Origin: Octopus vulgaris
Taxonomy: Eukaryota
Length of the DNA stretch: 64,000 nucleotides
Direction: 5' to 3'
NCBI GenBank assembly: GCA_951406725.2
Contig: OX597814.1
Location: 203,608,001 to 203,672,000 of the forward strand
Numbering within the stretch: position 1 is the stretch's first letter; each line of letters begins with the position of its first letter. This document shows, piece by piece, positions 1-11,189 of the stretch. Under the pieces are notes generated by a model. It saw nothing but the letters and a program-made list of their open reading frames with translations. It made no database searches and was not told where the DNA came from. Position numbers and translations under genes: made by a program.

Positions 1-325
1 AGAGCTTTGCCAAAGAGGAATGTATCTGTCCTCTTGCCTTTCAGCTTTGTCCATCAAACAACCTCTTTCACCACAGCCACCAGGCAAAGGAAAGCTGCCT
101 TGCCTGCCCAATTGAAGGAGGGTGATGGTGCAATCATCACTATAGACTTGACCAACAGCCGAATCCACCCCACATGTGACAGCAGCTGTTTGGCATAACC
201 CCACAAGTCAGCAATGCCCGGACACTGAACGAGGGCATCCAGAATGGTTTCGTCACTCTGTGTGCACTTCAGACAAACCCGTCTGACAGCACATCCATGC
301 CTGTAGAGTTTATCTTGAACCAATA
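1..325 (-). mobile_element. L1/Tx1-clade LINE ORF2 C-terminal (zinc-knuckle) fragment, degenerate
   Basis: Minus-strand translation LVQDKLYRHG..VCLKCTQSDETILDALVQCPGIADLW resembles the CxxC..ET..H...C..W motif at the C-terminus of L1/Tx1 ORF2. It has in-frame stops. Confidence 0.7.
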
Positions 326-329
326 ATGA

Positions 330-705
330 ACATATCAGTACCAATAGATGACAATGTATCTCTAAAAGGAATGGAAAAACTATTGAAACACAAAGATCTG
401 GAAATAGAAATAACCCAAATGTGAGCCTTGAAAACAAACAATCTCTATAATAATAGATGTTTTGGGAACGATAAAAAAGACATGAAAACAAATACATAAC
501 CAAAACCCCAAGACTTATGAATATATATATATATATATATTACATACAGAAAATAACACCATGCACATCTTATGTAGAGCACTTTCAATCATGTAGAAAT
601 AATAACACCAAAACAAACCACAGGACATACCCAAGACACACGGAGCTGTGCTCAGTAGTGTAGAGAAATCACACAATAAAAATAAGACTGATGAATGATA
701 ATAAT
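330..705 (+). mobile_element. R4/Dong-like non-LTR retrotransposon 3' end (restriction-like endonuclease remnant)
   Basis: Frameshifted ISVPIDDNVSLK/MEKLLKHKDLEIEITQM*ALKT...IQKIT matches the end of the PD-(D/E)xK REL domain (KE.EK..KY.DL...I.R.W). It ends in a TAA-like tail. Confidence 0.65.
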
Positions 706-813
706 TATGGTTTTAAATTTTGGCACAAGATCAGTAATTTTTTTAGTGAGAAGGTGTTAGTGAATTACATCAACCCCAGTGCTTGACTGGTACTTATTCT
801 GTTGACCCCCCAG

Positions 814-869
<56 letters not shown>

Positions 870-972
870 TCTTCATACTATAGGCACAAGGCCTGGAATT
901 TTGTGGGGAGGGGCTGCTTGATTACATCAACACCAGTGTATGACTAGCACTTACTTTATCAACCCCGAAAGG
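706..972 (-). mobile_element. Two fragments of a tRNA-derived (CORE-like) SINE separated by a (TAA)n tract
   Basis: Reverse complement of the aagtaccagt..tactggggtcgatgtaatc..ccttgtgccaaaattt module seen at 15668, 33640, 46190 and 59640. (TAA)n spans about 814-869. Confidence 0.65.
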
Positions 973-1204
973 TTGTCTGTCCAATAATATCAAAATGCCA
1001 AGGTTTGTCCAGTAATATCAAATATATGCCAAAATGGATCACAGACACAAACTGAAATATACAAAATAACATATGGAACTGTTATGTGACACATCAAACC
1101 ATATGGCGTCCTAACTGAAACTTTTGTACAGGATTAAACCTGCATTGCTAACATAGGGCATAGGATGCGGTAGTGTTCTAGAAAATTTTCAAAGTAATTT
1201 CTAC

Positions 1205-1470
1205 CTACACACGCACACACACACACACGAACACTCACACACACATACACACTAACACTCACTCACACACACACACACTAACACTCACACACACACTTAT
1301 CTGTGTTTAAATATACATACATATGCATACATACGTACATACATACATATACACACATATACATACATACATACATATGTGTGTGTGTGTCTCTATAATA
1401 TATATGTATGTATGTATGTATATATGTATGTATGCGTGTGTGTGTGTGTGTGTGTGTGTACACATACATA
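1205..1470. repeat. Compound (CA)n/(TACA)n/(TG)n microsatellite
   Basis: Seen directly. Confidence 0.95.
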
Positions 1471-2370
1471 TGAGGTGCATCCCAAAAGTTTTGAGACTAT
1501 ATTTAGGAAAGATAGTTAGAGCTGTCCCAGATTATTGTAATTTTAGTATATCGTTGCTACACATCTAATAAATTGACCTGCCAACATTTGTTATTCCAGA
1601 TTGAAGGAAATGGTTGTAACAGCGCCTTGAGCACACTCTGCCAAGCACTGCTTGTCACAACCGACCAGTTTGCAGTATGCAAACAAGTCAAATTGAAAAC
1701 AATTTGGAAACTCACTATGCAATAAAATTTTGTATTAAACTGGGCAAAAATACTACAGAAACCTATAAAATGCTCCCTTTAGCTAATGGATTAACTTTTT
1801 CACTGGCACAAGAGGTTCTTGGATGGTACAGGGGAGATGAGAGATGATGAGAAGCGTGGGAGGGACGGGGACATCAGAATATCAGAGCTGGTTGAGTATA
1901 TTTACAATTTTCTGGATGAAGACCTTCAAGTGTTTATTAAAGACAGTAAGCATGCAGTTGGTGTGGTAACTGTACACACAATCATTCATGAAGATTTGAG
2001 CATGTGCATAATTTGTGCAAAGTTTGTTCCCGGGGTGTTCAGTAACGAGTATTCTGGTAACTAACTACTTGATAAAGATGGGCATCAAAACTATCTGTCA
2101 CCCTCTCTACAGTCCAGACCTTGCTCCCTGTGACTTTTGGCTGTTCCACAACCTGGAGGAGAACTGCAGGGGCAGTTGTTTTAAATACATTGTGAAGATG
2201 AAGGAAGCTGTGACAAGAGTCTTGGGCATTGTCACTTTGGAGGATTTCCATGAGGCCTTCATGAAGTGACTGGGGTCCTACAAGTGCATTGAAGTCAGAG
2301 GATCATACTTAGTACATTAGAGTTTTGTATTTCTTCAAAATTAATGTCTCTTTAGAACAATCTTCCGAAA
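1471..2370 (+). mobile_element. Mariner (DD34D-type) transposon, internally deleted and degenerate
   Basis: TA followed by TIR-like tgaggtgcatcccaaaagttttgagact. Translations include YAIKFCIKLGKNTTETYKML (HTH), CAKFVP (WVP motif) and HPLYSPDLAPCDFWLF. The segment between FVP and the YSPDLAP region is missing. Confidence 0.85.
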
Positions 2371-2374
2371 TACG

Positions 2375-2651
2375 TCATCATCATCATCGTTTAACGTCCG
2401 TTTTCCATGCTAGCATGGGTTGGACAGTTCGACCGGGGTCTGGGAAGCCAGGCGGCTGCACGAGGCTCCAGTCTGATCTGGCAGTGTTTCTACAGCTGGA
2501 TGCCCTTCTTAACGCCAACCACTCCGTGAGTGTAGTGGGTGCTTTTTACGTGCCACCAGTACAGGTGCCAGGCGAGGCTGGCAACAGCCACGATTGGGTG
2601 GTGCTTTTTACGTGCCACCGGCACGGAAGCCAGCCAAGGCAACGCTGGCAT
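2375..2651 (-). mobile_element. Young RTE-LINE/SINE 3' tail copy ending in (GAT)n
   Basis: Reverse complement of catgctagcatggaaaacggacgttaaacgatgatgatga with CpGs intact. The same tail terminates the RTE copies at 17800 and 35821. Confidence 0.8.
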
Positions 2652-2883
2652 CAGACATCTTGTACATATTTGTATATAATTTTCAAATATAAGCTAAACT
2701 TATATTTTATGTTCTTTACCCCCTCTATGATACCTTCTCTGACATTTGTTTTACATTCTCACCCTCCCACTTGCTAGTTTCTTATTTTTCCAGTCATTTT
2801 TTTCTCATTTTCTCTCCCACTCATTCTCTTCATCATACTCAAGCTTCCCAGCTCACCACTGTTGAAAGATGTAATGTACATGC

Positions 2884-2945
2884 TCTCTCTCTCTCTCTCT
2901 CTCTCTCTTTGCTCTCTCTTTCTCTCTCTTTCTTTGCTCTCTCCC
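2884..2945. repeat. (CT)n pyrimidine microsatellite
   Basis: Seen directly. Confidence 0.9.
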
Positions 2946-3239
2946 TTCTCATCCCCTCTCCCTACTTTTCTTTTTACATTAGAGAACATCAGAAATAGAC
3001 AAACGTCTCCAGTAAAGACAAAAATTTCTTTTGCTATTATCTACATTGATTCATAAAATCAAATTTTTAGGGTGACTAATCAAGAATCATATTTAGGAAA
3101 AAATGTTTTATTTTAACAATAGATGTAAAGAGAAAAGATACCTATATATTTTTCTACCTACTGATACAAAATAGAATAGTTATTTGATATCATTTTCTGT
3201 ATTTAGAATAGTTGTTTGATATTATTTTCTATTTATGCA

Positions 3240-4007
3240 CAGACCTGGCTAAGTGCAGGCGTTAAGAAGTTTGCTTCCTAATTGCATGGTTCCTCATTCA
3301 GTTCCACTGCGTCACACTTCAGGCAAGTGTCTTCTACTATAGCCCTAGGCTAACCAAAAGCTTATAAGTGGATTTGGTAGGCAGAAACTGAAAGAAGCCC
3401 ATCATGTACTCATCATCAACATCATCATCATTTAATGTCCGTTGTCCGTGCTGGCATGAACTGGACGGTTTGATTGGAAATGGCAAGCTGAAAGGCTGCA
3501 CCAGACTCCATTCTGATTTGGTATGGTTTCTACAGCTGGATACCTTTCCTAACACTAACCACCCCAAGAGTGTAATGGGGACTTTTACATGCCACCAGCA
3601 TGGGTGCCGTTTGTGTGACACCAGTATTTGCCATGACTGCAATTTTGCTTGGCTTGATAGGTTTTCTTCTCAAGCACAACATAATGCAAAAGGCTTCGGT
3701 CATTCGTCATTGTCTCCTTGAGGTCCACTGTATGTATGTCTGTGTTTCTTTATCTTCTTGACATTGCATAATAGGTGTAAGTCAGTGACACAGTTATACA
3801 AGAAAGTGTTGTTCATTTACAATATTTTACATAGACATGTCTGACGATATTACCTGGCTTGGAAACGGACGATGGTTGGCAATAAGAAGAGTATCCAACC
3901 ATAAAAAAAATCTGCCTCAACAAACTTTGTCTGATCCATGCAAGCATGGAAAATTGAATATTAAAACAATGATGATGATGATGATGATGACGACGATGAT
4001 GATGATG
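3240..4007 (+). mobile_element. tRNA-derived SINE interrupted by an opposite-strand RTE-tail insertion (about 3411-3725)
   Basis: Head and body to about 3403 (gtgtcttctactatagccc..gtggatttggtaggcagaaactgaaagaagccc), then a minus-strand tail copy, then the body resumes and ends in (GAT)n. The architecture matches 9712-10128 and 46830-47230. Confidence 0.7.
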
Positions 4008-4009
4008 TC

Positions 4010-4300
4010 AACTGGGGAAGTTTTGGGGAAACTTAAGAATCAACAATACGAAAGAAAAACTCTCAGAACAGAGGATAAAATGAATGTTTTAAAATAAATT
4101 AATTTTTGTAAAGTTGATTAAGATCGATCTTTCGTGTAATTACTACATGTAACACCTGCTGAAAGAAGAACTAGATGATCTTCCAGGTATTGTGAAAAAC
4201 ATCAATAAAGTTTTTGTGTCAGGTGAAGCTATAAAATGTAAATACGTTCATGATTATATATGACATTTACTAGAAAAATCATATATTACTAAATTAGCTA
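4010..4300 (+). mobile_element. Possible Penelope-like reverse transcriptase remnant
   Basis: Fragments EVLGKLKNQQYERKT and HLLKEELDDL loosely resemble the PLE RT segment (VLDKLK...TLPHNLIKEKLIDL). The match is weak. Confidence 0.25.
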
Positions 4301-4494
4301 TTAGTGACAGGAGCAGTGTTAATAATGAATAACAATTAGCACAGCCAACTTAAATTTGATGTGTTGCTCAGATTGCCCTTAAACTGCTGTTAACCTCCAG
4401 AGATACCATCTTATGTTAACAGCACACACTAATTAAACACCAACTATATTAGCTGATGAAATGATCAACTGCTCTGATGAATGGTACTATTATA

Positions 4495-5494
4495 TCACGT
4501 GATTTCATTGTTTCAGTGGATCATCAGTGGCAGCCAGCCTTGCACCAAATGCCAGAGTACCTCCTTGATCTTGGTCATCAGCTTAGCCTTGATGTTGTAG
4601 GCAGAGTGGTTGGTGTGTTTCTCATTTATGCTCCTCATATAGTAATCCGAGAGATTACAATTAGGGGAATAAGGAGGTCAGAAATTGGGGCTGATGAAGT
4701 CAGAGAAATTCCGCAACAACCACTTTTGGCTATTTTTGGAAGTATGGCAAGGAACTGAATCCTACTGTCACATATATGGCCTTCCAGCAGCAACCATCTT
4801 CAGCCAGAGATTGACTACAGTCTCCAACAGCTGTACATAGCCTTCTGAATTGAGCCAAAAGCCCTTTACAAAGATGTGGGATGAACTCCAGTCATAATGC
4901 CTGCTTTGTCCCTTCCTGTTTGCCATGGCTTTGTAGCCTCCATTGTAGTTGTCTTTATCTCATATTATAGCCTTTAAAGCAGTGGTTCTTAAACTTTTTC
5001 AGGTTACTGCCCCCTTGACACCCAGGCTACATTCCTAGCACCCCCATCCCAACTAAACATCACAAACATAGACCTCTTTCTGAAGCAAATTCAAAGCAAC
5101 TGTATTTCACAAATAAAACAACCAAATGAACCCATTATTTTGTTGTTTTTACATGAATCGCTACCCCACTCTTGCCCCACTTTTCTTCAATGCCCCCTTG
5201 GAATTTTCCATACCCCCAGGGAGGCAATACAGCCCACTTTGGGAACTACTGCTTTATGGTGTTCATAGAACAGTGAACAGCATTCATGATGTTGGCATTT
5301 TGATACCCAGCATGAATCGTCATGATAGAGGTAACTTTTTTTCCAATATTCAGACAGCTTCCAGTCCTTCATGTCAGTTAACTTTTTTAACTACAATCTT
5401 TATGCTCTCCAATATTGTTGACTGTCCATCAATACATCAAGCTGTTCCTGTAAAAAAGAAACAAAAAGTCATCAAACTTTGCTTGAATACCTTG
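4495..5494 (-). mobile_element. Tc1/mariner (maT/DD37D-like) non-autonomous derivative
   Basis: Minus-strand VAAGRPYM*Q*DSVPCHT and SQKWLLRNFSDFISPNF*PPYSPNCN. A TIR-like end with TA lies at 5471-5496. Collinear with 60232-61051. Confidence 0.8.
4980..5251. mobile_element. hAT (Charlie-like) MITE nested in the Tc1/mariner element
   Basis: Ends CAGTGGTTCTTAAA and TTTGGGAACTACTG are inverted repeats. The 8-bp flanks ctttaaag and ctttatgg match 6/8, consistent with a TSD. Confidence 0.8.
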
Positions 5495-5562
5495 TATATG
5501 TATACACACACAAATACACACATGTACATAACCATACACACATAGATACATATACATACATA

Positions 5563-5912
5563 AGGGTAAAGGAGTAACCCCCATCCCTTTGGTCATGAAT
5601 GATCATAGGATTGCATCTAGAAAGTTATCCTCTGAGGCACAAGTCTGGGCAAGGTTGTTTATGGAAGACCAGTAGTCACCTGTGCATACCGACCTCCCCT
5701 CTCCACACAACCAATGTTATCCAAAGAAAGGCAAAGGCTGATACAGCTTGACACCAGAGACATCAGCACTCATTTCTACAGTTGAGTGAATTGAAGCAAT
5801 GTGAAATAAAGTGTCTTGCCCAAGAACACAGCACACAGCCTGGACCAAGAATCAAATTCTACCACATGATTGTGAGTCTGACACTCTAACCACTGAGCCA
5901 TGCACTTTCTAC
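5563..5912 (-). mobile_element. tRNA-derived SINE (distinct family)
   Basis: Minus strand starts with A-box-like tggctcagtggttagagtg and a decayed B-box, followed by ttgggcaagacactt..cacattgct..cactcaactg..aaatgag, a typical SINE central domain. Confidence 0.7.
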
Positions 5913-5970
5913 ATGCATGCATACATACATACATACATACATACATACATACATACATACATACATACAT

Positions 5971-6001
<31 letters not shown>

Positions 6002-6421
6002 GTAGGAACAACAAAAATGTATACCATCCAGTTAGAGATAAGTATTATCTGATTTACACAGTATTGAAATAAGTGCTACTAATGGTTTCATGACATACAC
6101 ATAGTTAGGCTCACTATGATTAGTCCTACTTGAAAACTAGATTGCTGGGTCATGAGAAAACATAACAAAAAACAAGAAGGTTGATGCAAAAGGTGGAATG
6201 AGAAGGCAAAGTGTGAATGAAACAGAAAAATGAAAGGAAAGAAAAGAAAGAAAAGAAAGGTATCCCCTTTATCTGTAAAAAATATAAAAGATCGATCTTT
6301 TTGGCATAGAATAATTCAATGGCCAAAGTCTACAAGACAGCTACTCAATCTGGAAAGGAAAATGCTCTCCAGTTTGACAAAAGAAATTTTTCTATGTGCT
6401 TGCATTTGCTGAAAATTTCAG

Positions 6422-6780
6422 ATCTATGAGCAATTTACATACGGCAAAGATTTCTCCACGATTTTTCACTTGACTGTATGTATGTGTGTCTTCAGATTCC
6501 ATATGTGGTTGGTTAGCCAACTTAGTGGCTTTATTTTTGTCAATGTGTCAGAAAGAAAATTTGTGGTTTGCATAATGTATTTCAAAATTGCCTTCATATT
6601 AGCCAACATAATTTTTCTTTTTCATTATATTATCTAGTAGCACTGTTGTGACTGATCTCATAATCGACCGAGTTTATCAAACACACCTGATCAAGTGAGC
6701 AAGCTTCAGAGTCTCAACAACTGAGAGTGGACACTTGGTGTGGCTTGCAAGAGATAATGTCCTTCATATTGGTGCAGCAG
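6422..6780 (+). pseudogene. Two exon-like segments (6422-6475 and 6641-6780), each with an in-frame TGA; protein not recognised
   Basis: Boundaries are tttcag|...CT|gtatgt and polyY-tagtag|...GCAG|gtgtgt. The phases join to give SMSNLHTAKISPRFFT*LTVVTDLIIDRVYQTHLIK*ASFRVSTTESGHLVWLARDNVLHIGAA. Confidence 0.4.
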
Positions 6781-7024
6781 GTGTGTGACATTTTTATTGA
6801 GTGTCTATCAAAAATCTTTCTGTATTAATGGTTTACTAGGAAATGCTCATCTAATAATGCCAGGAATTTCTAGCCTTTGTTAGTTTTAACATTTTTTAAC
6901 AAAATTGAAGAGGGCAATATGTTGTTTTTCTAGGTCTATTTTTAGGTTTCATATTTTTAATTGAAGGGTTGTAAAATATATTTGATACTGCTGCTAACTA
7001 GGGCATTGTTATAATAGGAGACTT

Positions 7025-7525
7025 GTTTATGTCTCTATAACTTAGTGGTTTGGCAAAAGAGAGCAATAGAATAAGTACTGTGGTTAATTTGTTCGACTAC
7101 AACCTTTCAGGTCAATGCCCCATCATGGTTGCAGTCCAGTGACTGAACCTGGTGGAAAGGTATATTTATACATATATTAAAATGCAGACATGATTCTTTG
7201 GTCCTTAAGAAGTTTACTTCAAAATCTCCTGGTGTGTGTGAGAGCGTGTATGTGTGTATGCATGTGTGTGTGTGTTTGCAACTCTTTGTCCTGATAATGA
7301 ATGAAAGTTACTAAGAAGTGTCACCGTCATATAAGTGATGCCGTTTGTTTCCGATCTTCCATGAAAATATGTCTAGCCCTGGGGAAATAAGACCTTTTTT
7401 GTAACATGTGAAAGCTTGGTGGAGGGAAAGTCATCTGCAAAATTTGCCCCAAGAAATCTCGTCAGACCCAAACAAGCGAGGAAACAAAAGTGAATGTTAA
7501 ATGATAATGATGATTATGATGATAA
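7025..7525 (+). mobile_element. Decayed SINE fragments
   Basis: ggcaaaagagag..atagaataagtact..gttcgact matches the 3' half of the SINE at 50519. The following segment matches the GAT-tailed SINE family. Confidence 0.6.
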
Positions 7526-7539
7526 TGGTATATGTACAT

Positions 7540-7557
7540 TTAGACATGTATATTTGC

Positions 7558-7606
<49 letters not shown>

Positions 7607-7978
7607 CACACACACACTCACAGATATATTAAATTATATATGAGTGTATTCTCTCACTAAATAAGGATAAGTGGATGTTAAAATGAGGGTACTACTGCTG
7701 TTGATGATGACTGTGATTATGTATATATATACTTATATATCATATATATATATATATACACACAATACATATATATATATATGCATGCATGTATGTGTAT
7801 ATATAAATATATACATACATATATATATATACATACATTCATGCTTATGTATACACCTATATTTGTGTGCACACCATATTTTCTATGTGTATAATATATA
7901 TATATTATACACATAATATGTATATATTTGTATGTATACAATATATATATATGTATGTATGTATACAATATATATATT

Positions 7979-8012
<34 letters not shown>

Positions 8013-8015
8013 CTC
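7540..8015. repeat. TA/CA-rich microsatellite block
   Basis: Seen directly. It is the source of the spurious Y/I-rich ORFs here. Confidence 0.9.
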
Positions 8016-8179
8016 TATTAATCTTATATTTGTGTGGATATGTATGCTTGTGTGTCGATATTTTCATTCTCGTCTTCTCCAAGTTCCTCCAGATAAAGAA
8101 AGAAGAATTCTCAAAGAAAGTAAAGGAAGTTTAGTAGAGAAGGCAAGAAAAATAAAAAAAGAAAAAGACGGATAGATAG

Positions 8180-8428
8180 AAAGAGATAGAAATAGGCGCG
8201 GGAGGGAGGGGGGGGTAAATAGAGAGAGTAAGCAATTGAGAGACGGTGTAAGTGTTAGCAGCAGCAGGAGCAGCAGCACTGTGGTCGTCTGTTTGTATGT
8301 AACATGGCGGCAATCTGGTGACTCAGCCTCACGTCTTGTCGCTGGCAACGTGTAACTCTTATAAGCCTGCATTTGCTGGCTTTTTCACGCACACATTTCA
8401 CTGAGAAAAGTCACTAATTGTGGATACA
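8180..8428 (+). promoter_or_regulatory. Probable promoter/5' UTR in a CpG-retaining island
   Basis: G-rich tract ggcgcgggagggagggggggg, YY1-like AACATGGCGGC (8301-8311) and AP-1-like TGACTCA (8319-8325). CpGs are frequent over about 8040-10150 compared with the flanks. Confidence 0.6.
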
Positions 8429-8477
8429 ATGGATACAAATGCAATTAGCTATAAAATCGAGCCTGTAATGAGAGAAG
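8429..8477 (+). CDS. Probable first coding exon of an unidentified host gene (MDTNAISYKIEPVMRE, phase-1 donor)
   Basis: ATG in strong context acaATGG, 16 codons plus 1 nt, then donor GAAG|gtacgc. It lies just downstream of the promoter-like region. Confidence 0.5.
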
Positions 8478-9284
8478 GTACGCTTTCTTTGATTTTCCTC
8501 CATACATAGCATAACATAAACTGTTTTAATTTGTAAATACTCGGTAGCAACATACACTAAGAATGAAGAAAAATTGTTGTATATGCTTTTTGTTTTCGCG
8601 TGTAACACATATTTCACATATTTATCGTACGGTTAGGAAGAACGAAACCTGTCTTTGTGTTGTGTACTAGAAATATTAAGGCATAATCCATACGCGACTC
8701 TGTGTTTGGTGTCGCCGTCGTTGTTGTTATCGGTACATTATCTTGCAGCTCAGGCCGAAACAATGTGAAGACGACTACATACTTCCTGAGTGATTATAAT
8801 TCTTTTAATCGATTACATGCACATAGATATATGCATACAATACATACATACACACGCGTGTGTGTGTGTATATATATCACATTTAAAAACTTGACAATTC
8901 ATTCATTGCTTCAATGACAAAATGCCTGATTAATTTACGTGAAACTTGGATTTAAAAAAATTTATTCCTATAAAGATACATATAAAGGTGTGTGTATATG
9001 TACACATATTCCACTCGTATTTATACATACTTTAATATATGCACATATACGTGTATTCATATACACACTTGTACGTACATATGTAGAGAGCACATATATA
9101 TGTATATTATTTATATTATGTATATATCATATACATACATATGCTTCAATGTCTATAACATTTATTTATATACATATTTATACACACGGGCACATAGGTA
9201 CACACACGCTCACATGTACACACACACAAATACTGCATTACTTTGTAAGTCTTTGTATGAATATGTTCAGAGAAATGAATATGA

Positions 9285-9322
<38 letters not shown>

Positions 9323-9711
9323 GCACAAGGTTTTCGCCAAAAACAATGACCGTTTGATTAAGTACCAGACTTCAAATATGTACTGGGGTCGATGTAATTA
9401 ACAATATACATCAGAGCAGTCCGCTAGCATGGTCTGAAGCAAGTGAGCGAATGTGTGTGTGTACGTACGTATGTGTGTATACACAAATATTTTCATGTAT
9501 ATGTGATTATGTCTGCCGCTTATACACCTGTCTATGAGTATAATTATATACGTGTATAGGCGTGTATATGTGTGTATATACATATAAACTTGTATGTATA
9601 TATTTACAAGACTATATAAATATACGTATGTATATATATTTTATATATATATATTTTATATATATATATATATGTAGAGAGAAAGAGAGATAGGTAGATA
9701 GATGTAAGTAT

Positions 9712-10128
9712 GTTAAGAGGCTTGCGTCTGAATCACATGGTTTCAGTCTCAGTCCCACTGCGTCGCACCTTGGGCAAGAATCTTCTATTATTGCCCCAGC
9801 TGAACTAGAGTTTTGTGAGTGAATTTGATTGACGGAAACTGAAAGAAGCCTGTCGCATGCGCGTGCACACACACATACACACGTGTGTGTCTCCTTATCT
9901 TCACATTTACACGATTGTTGTAAATGAACATTACCATTACAAAGGCAGTTGTCAATCTTCCGGGAAAATTTGTCAGGCCATGGGGGGGGGGGGGATAATT
10001 TGTTTCTTTGGGAAAAGATGAGGGTTGGTGACAAGAAAGGCATCCTACTGTAGAAAATCTGCTTGAACGAATTCTGTCTGACCCATACGAGTATGGAAAG
10101 TGGATGTAAAGGAAATGATAATGATGAT
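9712..10128 (+). mobile_element. tRNA-derived SINE with RTE-type GAT tail
   Basis: cccactgcgtcgcaccttgggcaag..gacggaaactgaaagaagcc..aaggcatcc..gatgat. CpGs are preserved. Confidence 0.75.
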
Positions 10129-10540
10129 CGCACATACACAAGTGTGTGTGCGAGTGTGTATATAATATATTTGTATATATATGTGTATATATGCATACAT
10201 TTATAAACAGCTGTGTGCGTGTATTTGTACAAACATACAAGTATATATATATATATGCATGTGTATGTTTATATATTTATGTACATGTATTGTGTGTGTC
10301 TATGTATGTATACCTATATATGTGTTTTTGTGTAATCTGTATATTTTATACATACATTTATATAATTGTATAAACGTTCATATATATGTATATTTGTTAT
10401 CAGCAGTTACAAAATAGTTTTCTTCTTGGCCTTCGAGTTACTTTTGTAGCTTCTGCAAGTAAAAATACATATAATCATTGTATGAGTTCTTTTTAACCTG
10501 TTCTACCAAAGCTAAATAAATATACTACATGTGTGTGTAT

Positions 10541-10591
<51 letters not shown>

Positions 10592-10769
10592 ATGTGTACA
10601 AAGTATGAGAACTAGTCATCAGAGCCTGCCTTTGCAGAGGATGTATCTTTGGCAATTCTCTCAAAAGGGAACTCCTCAACAGTCTTATAAGGGCCTGTCA
10701 AAACTCCGACTAGGCCATCAGTCTGGGGAAGATGGAAGTTTTGAACCAAGGCTTTGAGCACTCCCCAGC

Positions 10770-11085
10770 CATAACATGCTCTCTGGAGCTTGAGATGAAC
10801 AGATGTATAGGAAGAGCAGCCTCAGTACTCACTAGGCTGACAAGGAGAGTCTATGAGAATATTAAGGTTCCTGTCTGTCATGTTTCTGATATGCTACTTT
10901 ATGGCAGTGTGACCTTGAGCATCTGCTCCATGCAAGACTAGCATGGCATCTCAACACTTGGGACCTACTCATTTCATTATCCAGATCCTGTATAGTGTCT
11001 AGTTCTGGTATTGTTTTTCCTCGCTCTGTATATTCATTTCTGTTTTCGATGTCTAATACTGAAGTACTTGAATGTTGCATTAAAT
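10770..11085 (+). mobile_element. RTE/BovB-like LINE RT C-terminal remnant
   Basis: SLELEMNRCIGRAASVLTRLTRRVYEN..LLYGSVT..SNTEVLE follows the RTE pattern E+.RRI.KA...L..RVW...LLYG.E.W...N.EVL. Confidence 0.7.
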
Positions 11086-11189
11086 TTCATATATTCTTCT
11101 GTCCATCAATACGAAATTTTGAGGTTTTATAAGCTTTTAATATTTTTGCTGCCTTTTGGTATCTTTGCATCAGCATAGCTTTGAGAGTG

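Noticed and set aside
7671-10417. Numerous Y/I/C/V/H/T-rich ORFs in the ORF track
   Set aside because: They are translations of (TA)n/(CA)n/(TG)n microsatellites.
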